A DNA stretch of 64,000 nt from Candidatus Acidiferrales bacterium (GCA_035499615.1 DATJYM010000273.1:434-64433); one strand, 5' to 3'; counted from the stretch's first letter, positions 8,524-17,134 are shown. Program-made: numbers and translations. The notes: a model not told the origin generated them from the sequence alone.

Positions 8524-9030
8524 TCAACGGTGGCGGACCGGCATCAGGCCGAAATGCAACACCAGCCAAATGGGTACGGCAAGCAGCGCGATCGCGAACA
8601 AGCGGTCCCACGTCCAGGACAGGTAATGCGCTTGCATTGGGAAGATGGCGATCATGAAATAATTCGCGAAGCGCGTGTGGCCGATGAAACGCAGATGCCT
8701 GGGAAATCTTTTGCGGATCCCGCTGACGAGCGCAGTCACGCCCAACGCCAGCGTAAGAAAGGTCACCAGCAGATTGACCGGGAGCATCGCGTTCAGTTCC
8801 AGGTAACGCCCGTGCGCTGCATGCGGCACGAAATACGGCCACAACCATTGAGTCCCGGCCCAGAGAAAACCAAAGCCCGACTGGATGGCGGTCCGGTAAT
8901 TCGCCTTGTCCGCCGTCAGTTCATTCAGGAACAACCCGAAGTACAAGGGCACGATGCCCCAGATCAACACCGAGTGCTCGAACGGCGTGACAATCAGTGC
9001 AACAAATGTGACCCAGTAATTATAAATCAT
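8524..9030 (-). CDS. hypothetical integral membrane protein
   Basis: 168-aa ORF with about 5 hydrophobic segments. No family recognised. Confidence 0.55.
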   Translation of the reverse strand: MIYNYWVTFVALIVTPFEHSVLIWGIVPLYFGLFLNELTADKANYRTAIQSGFGFLWAGTQWLWPYFVPHAAHGRYLELNAMLPVNLLVTFLTLALGVTALVSGIRKRFPRHLRFIGHTRFANYFMIAIFPMQAHYLSWTWDRLFAIALLAVPIWLVLHFGLMPVRHR

Positions 9031-9250
9031 CGGCGGCGCCCTTGAATTTCCCGACGCCCTTGGCGGAGCGACACGCCAGCCGTTTGAGAGCTTTCATAAC
9101 TTACGCTTTTGACGGAACCGTCTGATTTGCTTTCGAAATGCTTCTTTTGTCATTTTCACAGGATGTCAGAAATTGGTTCTTGAAATTAAAGATAGACCCG
9201 GACAGCATGAGAATCCAAGCTTGGACGCGAACGCATTCAAGACCTCTTTT

Positions 9251-10888
9251 ATGACAAACAATCAGGTTTCACCCGGGCGGTATGTTTTGGCCATGATGAT
9301 TGTCGCGACACTGTTCGGACAGCCTCACGCGTTGATGGCAGCGGGCGGGGACACACTCTCAACGGCGCCCGCCGCGCCGGACCGGGTGATCACCGTGGAT
9401 TTGAACGCCGTCCAAGGGCCGCTGGACACTTCTTTTAAGGAATGCATTGGCGCCGGCAGGGCCAACGAAGGGCTGCGGGCGGATTGGCAGGATCAGTTGC
9501 GCGAGGCGCAACGCGAGTGCGGCTTCAAGTATATCCGCATGCACGGACTGCTCACCGATGACATGGGCGTTTACAAGGAAGACGCGCACGGCAACCCCGC
9601 CTACAACTGGCAATACATTGACCGGCTTTACGACTTCCTGCTCAGCATCAACATGAAACCGTTCGTCGAACTTTCGTTCATGCCCAAGGACCTGGCCAGC
9701 GGCAGCCGAACCGTTTTCTGGTGGAAGGGTAATGTCACCCCGCCCAAATCCTATGACAAATGGGCCGACTTGATCCGCCATCTGGTGACCCACTTCCAGG
9801 AGCGCTATGGACAGGACGAGGTGAAAACCTGGTACTTTGAAGTTTGGAATGAACCCGACTTGCATAACGGCTTCTGGTCCGGCACGCGGGAGGATTATTT
9901 CAAGCTCTATGACGCCACTGCCCGGGCCGTCAAAAGCGTTTCGCCGGATTACCGCGTCGGCGGCCCGGCCACGGCCATGGGCCAGTGGGACGAATCATTC
10001 ATCAACTATTGTTACACCAACCACGTGCCGCTCGACTTTGTTTCCTCGCACAATTATGGAGTCAAAAGCGGGTATTTGGATGAAACCGGCCAGCGCGGAA
10101 CGGTGATTGATCCCGATCCCAATTCCGTGGTGGGCCGGATGATCAACGAGCGGAAGATGATTGATCGTTCCCCGATGCCCGGCCTGCCGTTGCATTTTAC
10201 CGAGTGGAGTTCGTCCTACACGCCCACCGATTTCATTCACGATACCTACCAGCAGGCGGCCTTCATCCTCAGCAAAGTCAAAGCCGCCTATCGGTCGGTG
10301 GACTCGATGTCTTACTGGGTCTTCACCGACATTTTCGAAGAGAACGGCCCGCGGATGACTCCATTCCACGGTGGTTTTGGTTTGATTAACTACGAGGGTT
10401 TGAAAAAACCGGCCTTTTACGCTTTCAAATTCCTGAACGAACTGGGGACAACCGAACTTGTCAATGCCGACCCGGCGTCCTGGGTCTGCAAAAGCCCGGA
10501 CAATTCCGTCCAGGCCTTGTTTTGGAACTATACGCCCATCGTGCCGCCAGCGGGAGAGAACGATCAACAGTTCTATAAAAACGAGATTCCGGCCAAGGAC
10601 GTTGGCCGGGTGGTGCTCAACCTTACCAACCTGCCCGCCGGAAGCTACAGTCTGGAGATTTACCAGACCGGTTATCACGCCAACGATGTTTATACCCGCT
10701 ATCTTGACATGGGCTCGCCGTCGCAATTGACGCCGACCCAGGTCGAAATTCTGCGCCAACAAAGCAGCGGCGACCCTGAATCGGTGGAAACCATCCGGAT
10801 TGAAACCGGCAAGCCGTTCACGCGCACGTTCTCCCTGCGGCAGAATGACGTTTACTTCGTCAGACTTCTGCCGTTGGAAATCAAGTAA
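9251..10888 (+). CDS. glycoside hydrolase family 39-like (beta-xylosidase-type)
   Basis: Acid/base motif YFEVWNEPDL and nucleophile motif LHFTEWSSSY. Start trimmed to MTNNQ, which is followed by a signal-peptide-like VLAMMIVATLFGQPHALMA. Confidence 0.8.
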   Translation: MTNNQVSPGRYVLAMMIVATLFGQPHALMAAGGDTLSTAPAAPDRVITVDLNAVQGPLDTSFKECIGAGRANEGLRADWQDQLREAQRECGFKYIRMHGLLTDDMGVYKEDAHGNPAYNWQYIDRLYDFLLSINMKPFVELSFMPKDLASGSRTVFWWKGNVTPPKSYDKWADLIRHLVTHFQERYGQDEVKTWYFEVWNEPDLHNGFWSGTREDYFKLYDATARAVKSVSPDYRVGGPATAMGQWDESFINYCYTNHVPLDFVSSHNYGVKSGYLDETGQRGTVIDPDPNSVVGRMINERKMIDRSPMPGLPLHFTEWSSSYTPTDFIHDTYQQAAFILSKVKAAYRSVDSMSYWVFTDIFEENGPRMTPFHGGFGLINYEGLKKPAFYAFKFLNELGTTELVNADPASWVCKSPDNSVQALFWNYTPIVPPAGENDQQFYKNEIPAKDVGRVVLNLTNLPAGSYSLEIYQTGYHANDVYTRYLDMGSPSQLTPTQVEILRQQSSGDPESVETIRIETGKPFTRTFSLRQNDVYFVRLLPLEIK

Positions 10889-10917
10889 GCCGCCCGTGCC
10901 TTGACGAAAGCAAAAAC

Positions 10918-11583
10918 TTACTGCGCCGGCGGACCGCCGAAATGGGCCTTCCAGGATTCGTAGGCAGCTGAATCTGCCAGCATGGATTCAATCGCCGCCA
11001 CCAGTGGTTCAAGCCGCCAAAAACCGGAAAACACGGTGCGATCGCCGATGTTGCTCTCCAGCACAAACGTTGGCCGTTGGGTCACTTGCAAGGCGTGAAA
11101 TTCCGCCGTCGTCGCCCGCACGCGCTTTTCGATTTCCGCTGACCGCGCTTTCTTGAGAAGCGCAGCGGTCTTCAGCCCGCCGGCTTTCGCGGACACAGCT
11201 ACCGAGATTTCCCAGTTTCCAACCTTTTGTCCTTGGCGCATCGCTGCTTCCATCAGCGCCAGGCGCACGCGGTCATCCGTTACGCCGTAATCCTTGGCGG
11301 CTTCTGCCACGCAGTTTGCCGCGAGACATTCTTTCAAGATCTTCGGCTCCCACCAGCCCGAGTTCAGCATAAACGGCGAACGTACAATGCTCCCGCTCCG
11401 GCGATAAAACCATTCGCATAGCGCGCGCGATTTTGACATGCCGTTTTCGTCCAGCAGGGCGATTTTCCAGGCGAACTCCACCGGCGCCTTGGCATAGCGC
11501 CGCTTCAACTCCGCCCACGCCGGTTCTGCCCAATAACACCAGGAAGAGACGATGTCCAAATAGTAAGTGACGTTCACGTTCAT
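10918..11583 (-). CDS. DsbA-like thioredoxin-fold protein
   Basis: N-terminus NVTYYLDIVSSWCYWAEPAW resembles DsbA/FrnE-like family proteins with a degenerate CxxC. The start is set at the ATG at 11583, because the track start at 11622 is a TTG. Confidence 0.5.
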   Translation of the reverse strand: MNVNVTYYLDIVSSWCYWAEPAWAELKRRYAKAPVEFAWKIALLDENGMSKSRALCEWFYRRSGSIVRSPFMLNSGWWEPKILKECLAANCVAEAAKDYGVTDDRVRLALMEAAMRQGQKVGNWEISVAVSAKAGGLKTAALLKKARSAEIEKRVRATTAEFHALQVTQRPTFVLESNIGDRTVFSGFWRLEPLVAAIESMLADSAAYESWKAHFGGPPAQ

Positions 11584-11618
11584 AACGAAATTGTATTCAC
11601 GCTGTTCCCGCCGGGCAC

Positions 11619-12194
11619 TCAAAAAGCCCGCGAAGGCGGCCCGGCTGCGGTTGAGTATTTGACAGCGCGCCGCTCTGCTTCGGTCCAGCCGGGCAACAGA
11701 TCCTCGCCATAATAAAATTCAGTCTCGAACGTCAGGCCGGCCTTTTCCATGACCCGCCGGGATGCAAGGTTGCCGGCGAGGGTGCGGGCACAGACTTTGG
11801 CATAGCCCCATTCCCCAAGGGCCCGCTCAAGCAACGCCCGCGAACCTTCCGTGGCCAAACCGCGCCTCCAAACGCTGCGCTTCAGCCGGTAGCCCAGTTC
11901 CATTTCCCCCGGCGAAATCCGGTCCGGCCGCAGATGAAACCATCCGATGAATTCGCCACCTTCGCGCAAGTGCGCTGCCCAAAAACCTTGCGGAGGAGAC
12001 TGCCGATAATATTCGAGAAATCGCGGAATAAATTCATTCTGAATTCTGATTAGCGGCGTGGATTGGCCCTTGGAGATGAACCGCATCACTTCCGGATCGC
12101 TGTCGAGTTCAAATAACCGTTGTGCATCTTCCGAGCGAAACTCCCGGAAATACATCCGTTCTGTTTCAACTAAGATGACGCCGGGCTCGATCAC
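11619..12194 (-). CDS. GNAT-family N-acetyltransferase (RimJ/RimL-like)
   Basis: 191 aa with GTG start. Pattern LREFRSEDA...GYRL...WRRGLATEG...A...N..S..VMEKAGL is typical of GNAT enzymes. Confidence 0.75.
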   Translation of the reverse strand: MIEPGVILVETERMYFREFRSEDAQRLFELDSDPEVMRFISKGQSTPLIRIQNEFIPRFLEYYRQSPPQGFWAAHLREGGEFIGWFHLRPDRISPGEMELGYRLKRSVWRRGLATEGSRALLERALGEWGYAKVCARTLAGNLASRRVMEKAGLTFETEFYYGEDLLPGWTEAERRAVKYSTAAGPPSRAF

Positions 12195-12203
12195 GGGCGA
12201 AGC

Positions 12204-14315
12204 TTACACGCTTCGTCCTTTAATCGCCGTCAAAATATCCGCAATCACTTCGCCCTTTGGTTTCGCGCCGACATTGCCTTTGCCGTGCAGCCGGACGGAA
12301 ACGTTGCCGGCTTCCATGTCACGGCCGCCGATGACGAGCATGGTGTGGACTTTTGCCTGTTCCGCCTCCTGAATCTTGCCGTTGATTTTGTTCGATGAAA
12401 AATCCGACTCGCAGCGGACGAAATTGGCGCGCAATTCGTTCACAATGGTCTTGGCGTAATTCACCAGCGGCTCTTCGTCGCCGAGGGTCATCACGCGCAC
12501 CTGTTCCGGCGCGAGCCAGAGCGGGAAATTGCCGGCGTAATGCTCGATGAGGAAGCCGATGAACCGTTCATGCGTGCCCAGCGGCGCGCGATGGATGCAC
12601 AGCGGCGTCTTGTCCGTGTTGTCCCTGTCACGATACACCAGGCCGAATCGCTTGGGCACGGCGAAGTCCACCTGGTTGGTGGCCAGCGTGAATTCACGGC
12701 CGATGACGCTCCAGACCTGCACGTCAATCTTCGGCCCGTAAAACGCCGCTTCGTTCGGCACCTCCACGTAGGGAATCTTCGAATCAATCAGCGTCTGGCG
12801 GACCATGTCTTCGGTCTGCTTCCACAATTCCGGCTCATTGACGAACTTGGCGTTGTCGCCGGTCAGTCGCGACGGATCGTGCGTGCTGAAACGCATGACA
12901 TATTTGTCGATGCCAAAAATCTTGAAATACTTCAGGTACATTTCGTTGACGGCGTTGAACTCGGCGGCGAATTGCTCCGGCGTGCAATAGATGTGCGCAT
13001 CATTCATATTTAAACTGCGGACGCGCATGAGGCCGAACAATTCGCCCGACTGCTCGTAGCGGTAGCAGGTGCCGTATTCGGCCAGCCGCAACGGCAAATC
13101 GCGGTAACTGCGCTGCTCCGCCGCAAAAATGCGGTGATGATGCGGGCAGTTCATGGCCTTGAGGTAATAATACTCTGGCTGTAGAGACCGCCATTCACCA
13201 TCTTTATGAATAAACTCGCCAACCAAACTGCTGAGACCTCGTGGCAGTTTTTGTTCTTCCCATAATTCTTCAAGTCCTTGGAAAAGGAATTCTTCACCGA
13301 CTTCGCTTTTGGAGTTCGCAGCAGAAATCAGTTTTTTCAGTTCTTCGCTTTCGTGCCGAAGGTCGTCTGCAGTTTCAATAACTGTTTTGCGCAATGATTT
13401 GACTTCATCTCCCAACGCTTCACGTTTTTCGCGCTCCTCGGGTTTACCTTTAAGAGGATCCAAGGTCATGGGGGGGAACATTGACTCCGCGTAAAGAATC
13501 GGCAGATGCCCGCTCGTCAGATACATCTTCTTCCTCGCGATGTGCGGCGTTTTCACGCGCACGTAACCGGCGGCGAATTCCGTTTCCTTCGCCAGCTTTT
13601 CCAGTTCCTCGACGATGGCGGTGCCTTTGGGCAGCCACAGCGGCAGGCCCGGCCCGACGTATTCGGTGTCAATCGCGAACAGCCCCATCTCCGCGCCGAT
13701 CTTGCGATGGTCGCGGCGTTTGGCCTCCTCGAGCATCTTGAAATACTCGTCGAGCTGGGTCTTGTTCTTGAACGCTGTGCCGTAGATGCGCTGGAGCTGC
13801 GGGTTGCGCTCGTCGCCCTTGTAATACGCGCTTGCCACGCTGGTGAGCTTGAACGCGCCGATGTTGCCGGTGCGCATCACGTGCGGCCCGGCGCAGAGAT
13901 CAATGAAATCGCCGTTCTTGTAATAGGTGATTTGCTCGCCTTCGGGGATGGCTTCCAGGTTGCCAATCTTGAACTTGCTCGGGTTGCCCGGCCGCTCGCT
14001 TAGGCCGCCAAGACGTCCGCTCTCGGAATCCTTGACCGCCTGCTCGCGCGTGACGACGATTTTCTCGAAGGGATGGTTCGCCTTGATTTCCTTCTTCATC
14101 TCGGCCTCGATTTTTTCAAAATCCTCGGGCGAGATGCGGTGCTTCAGGTCCACGTCGTAGTAAAATCCGTTTTCGACCGGCGGCCCAGCGGCGAACTGAG
14201 CGTCCGGCCACAGGCGCAGAATGGCGGTGGCCATGACATGCGCGGCGGAATGCCGGAGGCGTTCCAGCTCGGTCATTTTCGCGCGGTCATCGAGTGTTTT
14301 ACGTTCAGATTCCAT
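12204..14315 (-). CDS. thrS: threonine--tRNA ligase, lacking an N-terminal TGS domain and carrying a ~95-aa internal insertion
   Basis: Editing-domain motif RLRHSAAHVMA, catalytic/zinc region AMNCPHHHRIF, and an anticodon-binding C-terminus. Start set at the ATG at 14315 (MESERK), because the track start at 14339 is a TTG. Confidence 0.92.
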   Translation of the reverse strand: MESERKTLDDRAKMTELERLRHSAAHVMATAILRLWPDAQFAAGPPVENGFYYDVDLKHRISPEDFEKIEAEMKKEIKANHPFEKIVVTREQAVKDSESGRLGGLSERPGNPSKFKIGNLEAIPEGEQITYYKNGDFIDLCAGPHVMRTGNIGAFKLTSVASAYYKGDERNPQLQRIYGTAFKNKTQLDEYFKMLEEAKRRDHRKIGAEMGLFAIDTEYVGPGLPLWLPKGTAIVEELEKLAKETEFAAGYVRVKTPHIARKKMYLTSGHLPILYAESMFPPMTLDPLKGKPEEREKREALGDEVKSLRKTVIETADDLRHESEELKKLISAANSKSEVGEEFLFQGLEELWEEQKLPRGLSSLVGEFIHKDGEWRSLQPEYYYLKAMNCPHHHRIFAAEQRSYRDLPLRLAEYGTCYRYEQSGELFGLMRVRSLNMNDAHIYCTPEQFAAEFNAVNEMYLKYFKIFGIDKYVMRFSTHDPSRLTGDNAKFVNEPELWKQTEDMVRQTLIDSKIPYVEVPNEAAFYGPKIDVQVWSVIGREFTLATNQVDFAVPKRFGLVYRDRDNTDKTPLCIHRAPLGTHERFIGFLIEHYAGNFPLWLAPEQVRVMTLGDEEPLVNYAKTIVNELRANFVRCESDFSSNKINGKIQEAEQAKVHTMLVIGGRDMEAGNVSVRLHGKGNVGAKPKGEVIADILTAIKGRSV

Positions 14316-14331
14316 AGAGCTAGAAAAGTTT

Positions 14332-14361
14332 AACCGCAAATGGACGCAGATAAACGCAGAT
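14332..14361 (-). repeat. three phased decamers ATCTGCGTTT/ATCTGCGTCC/ATTTGCGGTT (mRNA sense), 16 nt upstream of the thrS ATG
   Basis: Read directly from the reverse complement of 14332-14361. Period is exactly 10 nt. Confidence 0.85.
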
Positions 14362-14363
14362 TT

Positions 14364-14519
14364 TTAAGGCGGCAAAACCGCCGGAATGGTAAAGGCAATC
14401 AGACCCAGGACGGTAGCGAGCCGTAATCCCATGCGCCGGTTACCTTTTATCTGCGGCCATTTGCGTCCATCTGCGGTTGAAATCGGGTCATCCGCGTTAT
14501 CTGCGGTTGTTCGGTTCAT
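14364..14519 (-). CDS. possible 51-aa small membrane peptide in the thrS leader (may be repeat-generated)
   Basis: ATG at 14519, TAA at 14364-14366. It encodes MNRTTADNADDPISTADGRKWPQIKGNRRMGLRLATVLGLIAFTIPAVLPP. The N-terminal half is encoded by the decamer repeats and the C-terminal half is one hydrophobic helix. Not in the ORF track (below its size cutoff). Confidence 0.2.
   Translation of the reverse strand: MNRTTADNADDPISTADGRKWPQIKGNRRMGLRLATVLGLIAFTIPAVLPP
14449..14517 (+). repeat. array of ~7 phased ATCTGCG-type decamers, inverted relative to 14332-14361
   Basis: atctgcggcc atttgcgtcc atctgcggtt gaaatcgggtc atccgcgtt atctgcggtt gttcggttc. Segment 14449-14465 is a 16/17 inverted match of 14335-14351. 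Confidence 0.85.
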
Positions 14520-14750
14520 GAGATTCGATGGAAAAGAATAGCAGAAAGCCCGGGCAGAAAGCCAGCCTGAGGAAAACGGCCCCTGGCGTTCCGAGGCCTC
14601 CGGACATCCAGGACAGCCTGCCGCACGAAGGTGGTAGCGGGAATCGCCTTTATTTTGGTTGCCCGATCATTCGTGGGCGCTTAGGGTTCCGCCAGTATAA
14701 ATGGATCTTCCGAATCCAAGTTCAACTGAACCAAACGAAAAGGTTAAAAT

Positions 14751-15248
14751 ATGAAACGCATCCTCATTACCATGATCCTGGCCACCGCTGCTTTGAGTGT
14801 GCAAGCGGACGGGAGCGGCAGCAGCAAATTCTTTCAGGCCTCGCTGACGCCGGACATTGCGCTGCAATCCAAGGATACACGTATCAACGGCATCTCACTG
14901 GCGATCTGGGGTGAAAATCCGCAAAGCGCTTTTACCCTCGGCTTTATCAACGGCAGCACCGGCAGCAGTGCTGGACTTTCCTGGGGCATTGTCAACTATG
15001 CCGAATCTTACAAAGGTGTCCAACTCGGGTTCGTAAACACCTCCAGCGACCTGTTCGTCGGGTTGCAGGACGGTGTCGTTAACGTGGCCAAGGAAGCGCA
15101 TGGTCTCCAATTGGGCACGGTAAACTATACCGAGTCCTTGAAAGGCGTGCAGATTGGAATCGTGAACATCGTGACCACCACGCCGTGGTTCAAGGAATTT
15201 CCGGACAAGCTTTCCAAAGGTTTCCCCTTCTTCAACTGGTCGTTCTAA
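14751..15248 (+). CDS. secreted repeat protein (G-x-Q-x-G-x-V-N repeats)
   Basis: 165 aa with signal peptide MKRILITMILATAALSVQA. Repeated KGVQLGFVN / HGLQLGTVN / KGVQIGIVN units. Followed by a strong terminator. Confidence 0.7.
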   Translation: MKRILITMILATAALSVQADGSGSSKFFQASLTPDIALQSKDTRINGISLAIWGENPQSAFTLGFINGSTGSSAGLSWGIVNYAESYKGVQLGFVNTSSDLFVGLQDGVVNVAKEAHGLQLGTVNYTESLKGVQIGIVNIVTTTPWFKEFPDKLSKGFPFFNWSF

Positions 15249-15275
15249 TCGGAAATCAAATATCTCCAGTTTCGC

Positions 15276-15302
15276 AGAGGCGGCACCGGCCGCCTCTTTT
15301 TG
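15276..15302 (+). terminator. rho-independent terminator
   Basis: agaggcggc-accg-gccgcctct gives a 9-bp GC-rich stem, followed by a ttttt run, 28 nt after the stop of the 14751-15248 gene. Confidence 0.85.
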
Positions 15303-15369
15303 TTCTCCAACTGGCGGCTGAACCAATCGAGATTGTACTCAGGCGGAGTGATGTTTTGTCTGGATCATC

Positions 15370-16554
15370 TCAACGCGCCATTTTCCAGATTCCCAGCAGC
15401 GCGCCGAAGCCGCATAACAGCAGACCGCTGACGGCGAAGGCGCTGCCATGGGCGAGCTGCGGCAGGAATTGCAGCGTCACCGCGCCGGTCGCCGGGCCGA
15501 TACAGTTGCCGATGCCGATGGCCGCTTCGTGGATCCCGCCGTGCTCGCCCTTGGTGTCGCCGGCGTCCATCGAGTAAAAGAGCGACGAGTAATAAATCAG
15601 CCCGATGGCGCCGCCGAAAAATATTTGTGCTACAATCAGCACCGGCAGACTCGGCACGGTAAGAATGGAAATGAAGGAAACGATGAGCAGCGCAAATGCC
15701 GCCACCAGCCACCGGAACCGGTAGTGCCAGTCGGTCCAGAGCCACAGGGTCAAAAATGTTCCAAACCGCACAAACCCCCACAACGAGCAGGCAAATCCCG
15801 CGAACATCGGTGAGAGATGAAAATGCGCGGCCACACCCGGCAGTTCAGGAATGAACGTATTGATGGCGATGTAGGCGACCGGATTGGCGAGCCAGGCCAT
15901 GCGCAGGAAGGCCCGGGTCCGGACCGGCGCCGGCCGGTGGGGGTCGGGCGGAATGACGGGCGCGGGCGCGCCGTCCGGCGAGGCCCCACCAATGACCTGT
16001 TTTTCCAGCCACAACGTTGCCGCCAGTTGCCCGAGACACAGGGCCAGCGGCAGGTAGAAGATGGTTTTAAACCCGAATGCTTCCACCAGAGTCCCGCCAC
16101 TGAACAGGGCCAGCGCGTTGGTGGAGGCCCAGACGAGATTGTAGGTGCCAACGGCACGCGGCAGGGTAATGGCGTCACCGCCCTCACTGACCATGGCTTC
16201 GATGGTTGGCCAGAGGAAACACATGCCCACGTTGAACAAGCCGGTGGCGACAACCACGCCGGACGCGGAATGGCATTGCGAGCCGGCGGCCAGCGCGAGG
16301 ATCATCAGGCCGAACCCGGCCTTAAGCGCGGTGAAGCAGCCGTGGCGTTGGACAAACCGACCGGCCTGCCAGGCGGCGATGGTATAAATGAGGCCGTTGA
16401 GCGCGGCGAAGGCGAGGTTGTGTTTGTTGTCAAAACCAAACCGGTCCCGCATGTAAAAATAGAGATAATAGGAATTGAGAGACGTTGCGAAGGAGCTCAA
16501 TCCCTCGAACGCAAAGCAAGCCCGCTTAACTTCGCGCCCGCCTTTAGTAATCAT
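15370..16554 (-). CDS. MFS transporter
   Basis: About 12 hydrophobic segments. Start trimmed to the internal ATG at 16554 (MITKGG...), because the longer ORF would overlap the upstream zinc-ribbon gene by 120 nt. The remaining overlap is 11 nt. Confidence 0.75.
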   Translation of the reverse strand: MITKGGREVKRACFAFEGLSSFATSLNSYYLYFYMRDRFGFDNKHNLAFAALNGLIYTIAAWQAGRFVQRHGCFTALKAGFGLMILALAAGSQCHSASGVVVATGLFNVGMCFLWPTIEAMVSEGGDAITLPRAVGTYNLVWASTNALALFSGGTLVEAFGFKTIFYLPLALCLGQLAATLWLEKQVIGGASPDGAPAPVIPPDPHRPAPVRTRAFLRMAWLANPVAYIAINTFIPELPGVAAHFHLSPMFAGFACSLWGFVRFGTFLTLWLWTDWHYRFRWLVAAFALLIVSFISILTVPSLPVLIVAQIFFGGAIGLIYYSSLFYSMDAGDTKGEHGGIHEAAIGIGNCIGPATGAVTLQFLPQLAHGSAFAVSGLLLCGFGALLGIWKMAR

Positions 16555-17035
16555 ACAGTCCGCTGTCCCGGGTGAAGCCGCCGCCGCCTTCTCCGCTGCC
16601 CATGAAATCGCCCAGGACGTCACCCATGTCGGCTTCGATTCTTTCCGGGTCCTCACCGGCTTCAAGCCGTTTGATGGCCACGTCCAGTTCCTTGGGAACA
16701 GACCCCGGCGGCATGAGATTTTTCATTTTTTTCATCATGTGGGCCATGTGCCGGGGATTATTCTCGTCCATGTGTTCCATGTCGCGTTCGAGTTCCATCA
16801 TGGCGCGCTCGACGCGCGGATCGTCCATGTCCGGCATCGGCGATCCGCCGGGTTCAGAGCCGGTTGAGGCGGCGGGCTCGGCCAGTTTGCGGGTCGTGGC
16901 AAACCGGCTGACCTGCTTGGACATTTTTTTGTTGCCGCACTTCGGGCAGACGGGCAGCCGCCCGGGGGCGACGCGCTTGGAGAGGAAGCTGAAAATCCTC
17001 CGGCACTTCGGGCAGGCAAATTCGTAAATCGGCAT
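16544..17035 (-). CDS. FmdB-family zinc-ribbon protein with a Met/His-rich and acidic C-terminal extension
   Basis: N-terminus MPIYEFACPKC...CPKCG matches the CxxC-CxxC FmdB signature. It is followed by MMELERDMEHMDENNPRHMAHMMKKMKNLM. Confidence 0.75.
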   Translation of the reverse strand: MPIYEFACPKCRRIFSFLSKRVAPGRLPVCPKCGNKKMSKQVSRFATTRKLAEPAASTGSEPGGSPMPDMDDPRVERAMMELERDMEHMDENNPRHMAHMMKKMKNLMPPGSVPKELDVAIKRLEAGEDPERIEADMGDVLGDFMGSGEGGGGFTRDSGLYDY

Positions 17036-17134
17036 TTCGATTTACGATTTACGATTTACGATTTACGCACGCCAGAAAAAAAGCGAGCCTCCGGAAACTC
17101 GGAGGCCCGTCAATCGTATATCGTAAATCGCAAA
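17036..17134. repeat. inverted 7-nt-period arrays (CGATTTA x4 / CGTAAAT-like) bracketing the korB terminator
   Basis: Left arm 17038-17067 is cgatttacgatttacgatttacgatttacg. Right arm 17110-17134 is caatcgtatatcgtaaatcgcaaatc. An 11-bp perfect pairing is possible. Confidence 0.9.
17072..17108 (-). terminator. rho-independent terminator of korAB
   Basis: On the minus strand, the hairpin gcctccg-agtttc-cggaggc is followed by tcgcttttttt. Confidence 0.8.

Noticed and set aside
9020-9097. 25-aa basic ORF (MKALKRLACRSAKGVGKFKGAADDL) overlapping the start of the 8524-9030 membrane gene
   Set aside because: It is very short, has no supporting signal, and overlaps the neighbouring start in another frame. 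It cannot be distinguished from chance.
13173-13475. The ThrRS insertion considered as an intein
   Set aside because: It is too short (about 95 aa) and lacks an N-terminal Cys/Ser and a C-terminal His-Asn plus nucleophile. Its composition is that of a charged helical segment.
14630-14643. GGTGGTAGCGGGAA resembles the T-box core GGTGGTACCGCG near thrS
   Set aside because: It lies on the plus strand while thrS is on the minus strand. There is no specifier-loop or antiterminator architecture around it, and the downstream plus-strand gene is a secreted repeat protein.
14528-14914. 128-aa plus-strand ORF spanning the thrS upstream region and the start of the repeat-protein gene
   Set aside because: It overlaps the well-supported 14751-15248 gene out of frame. 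It has no recognisable features, and its 5' part covers non-coding repeat sequence.
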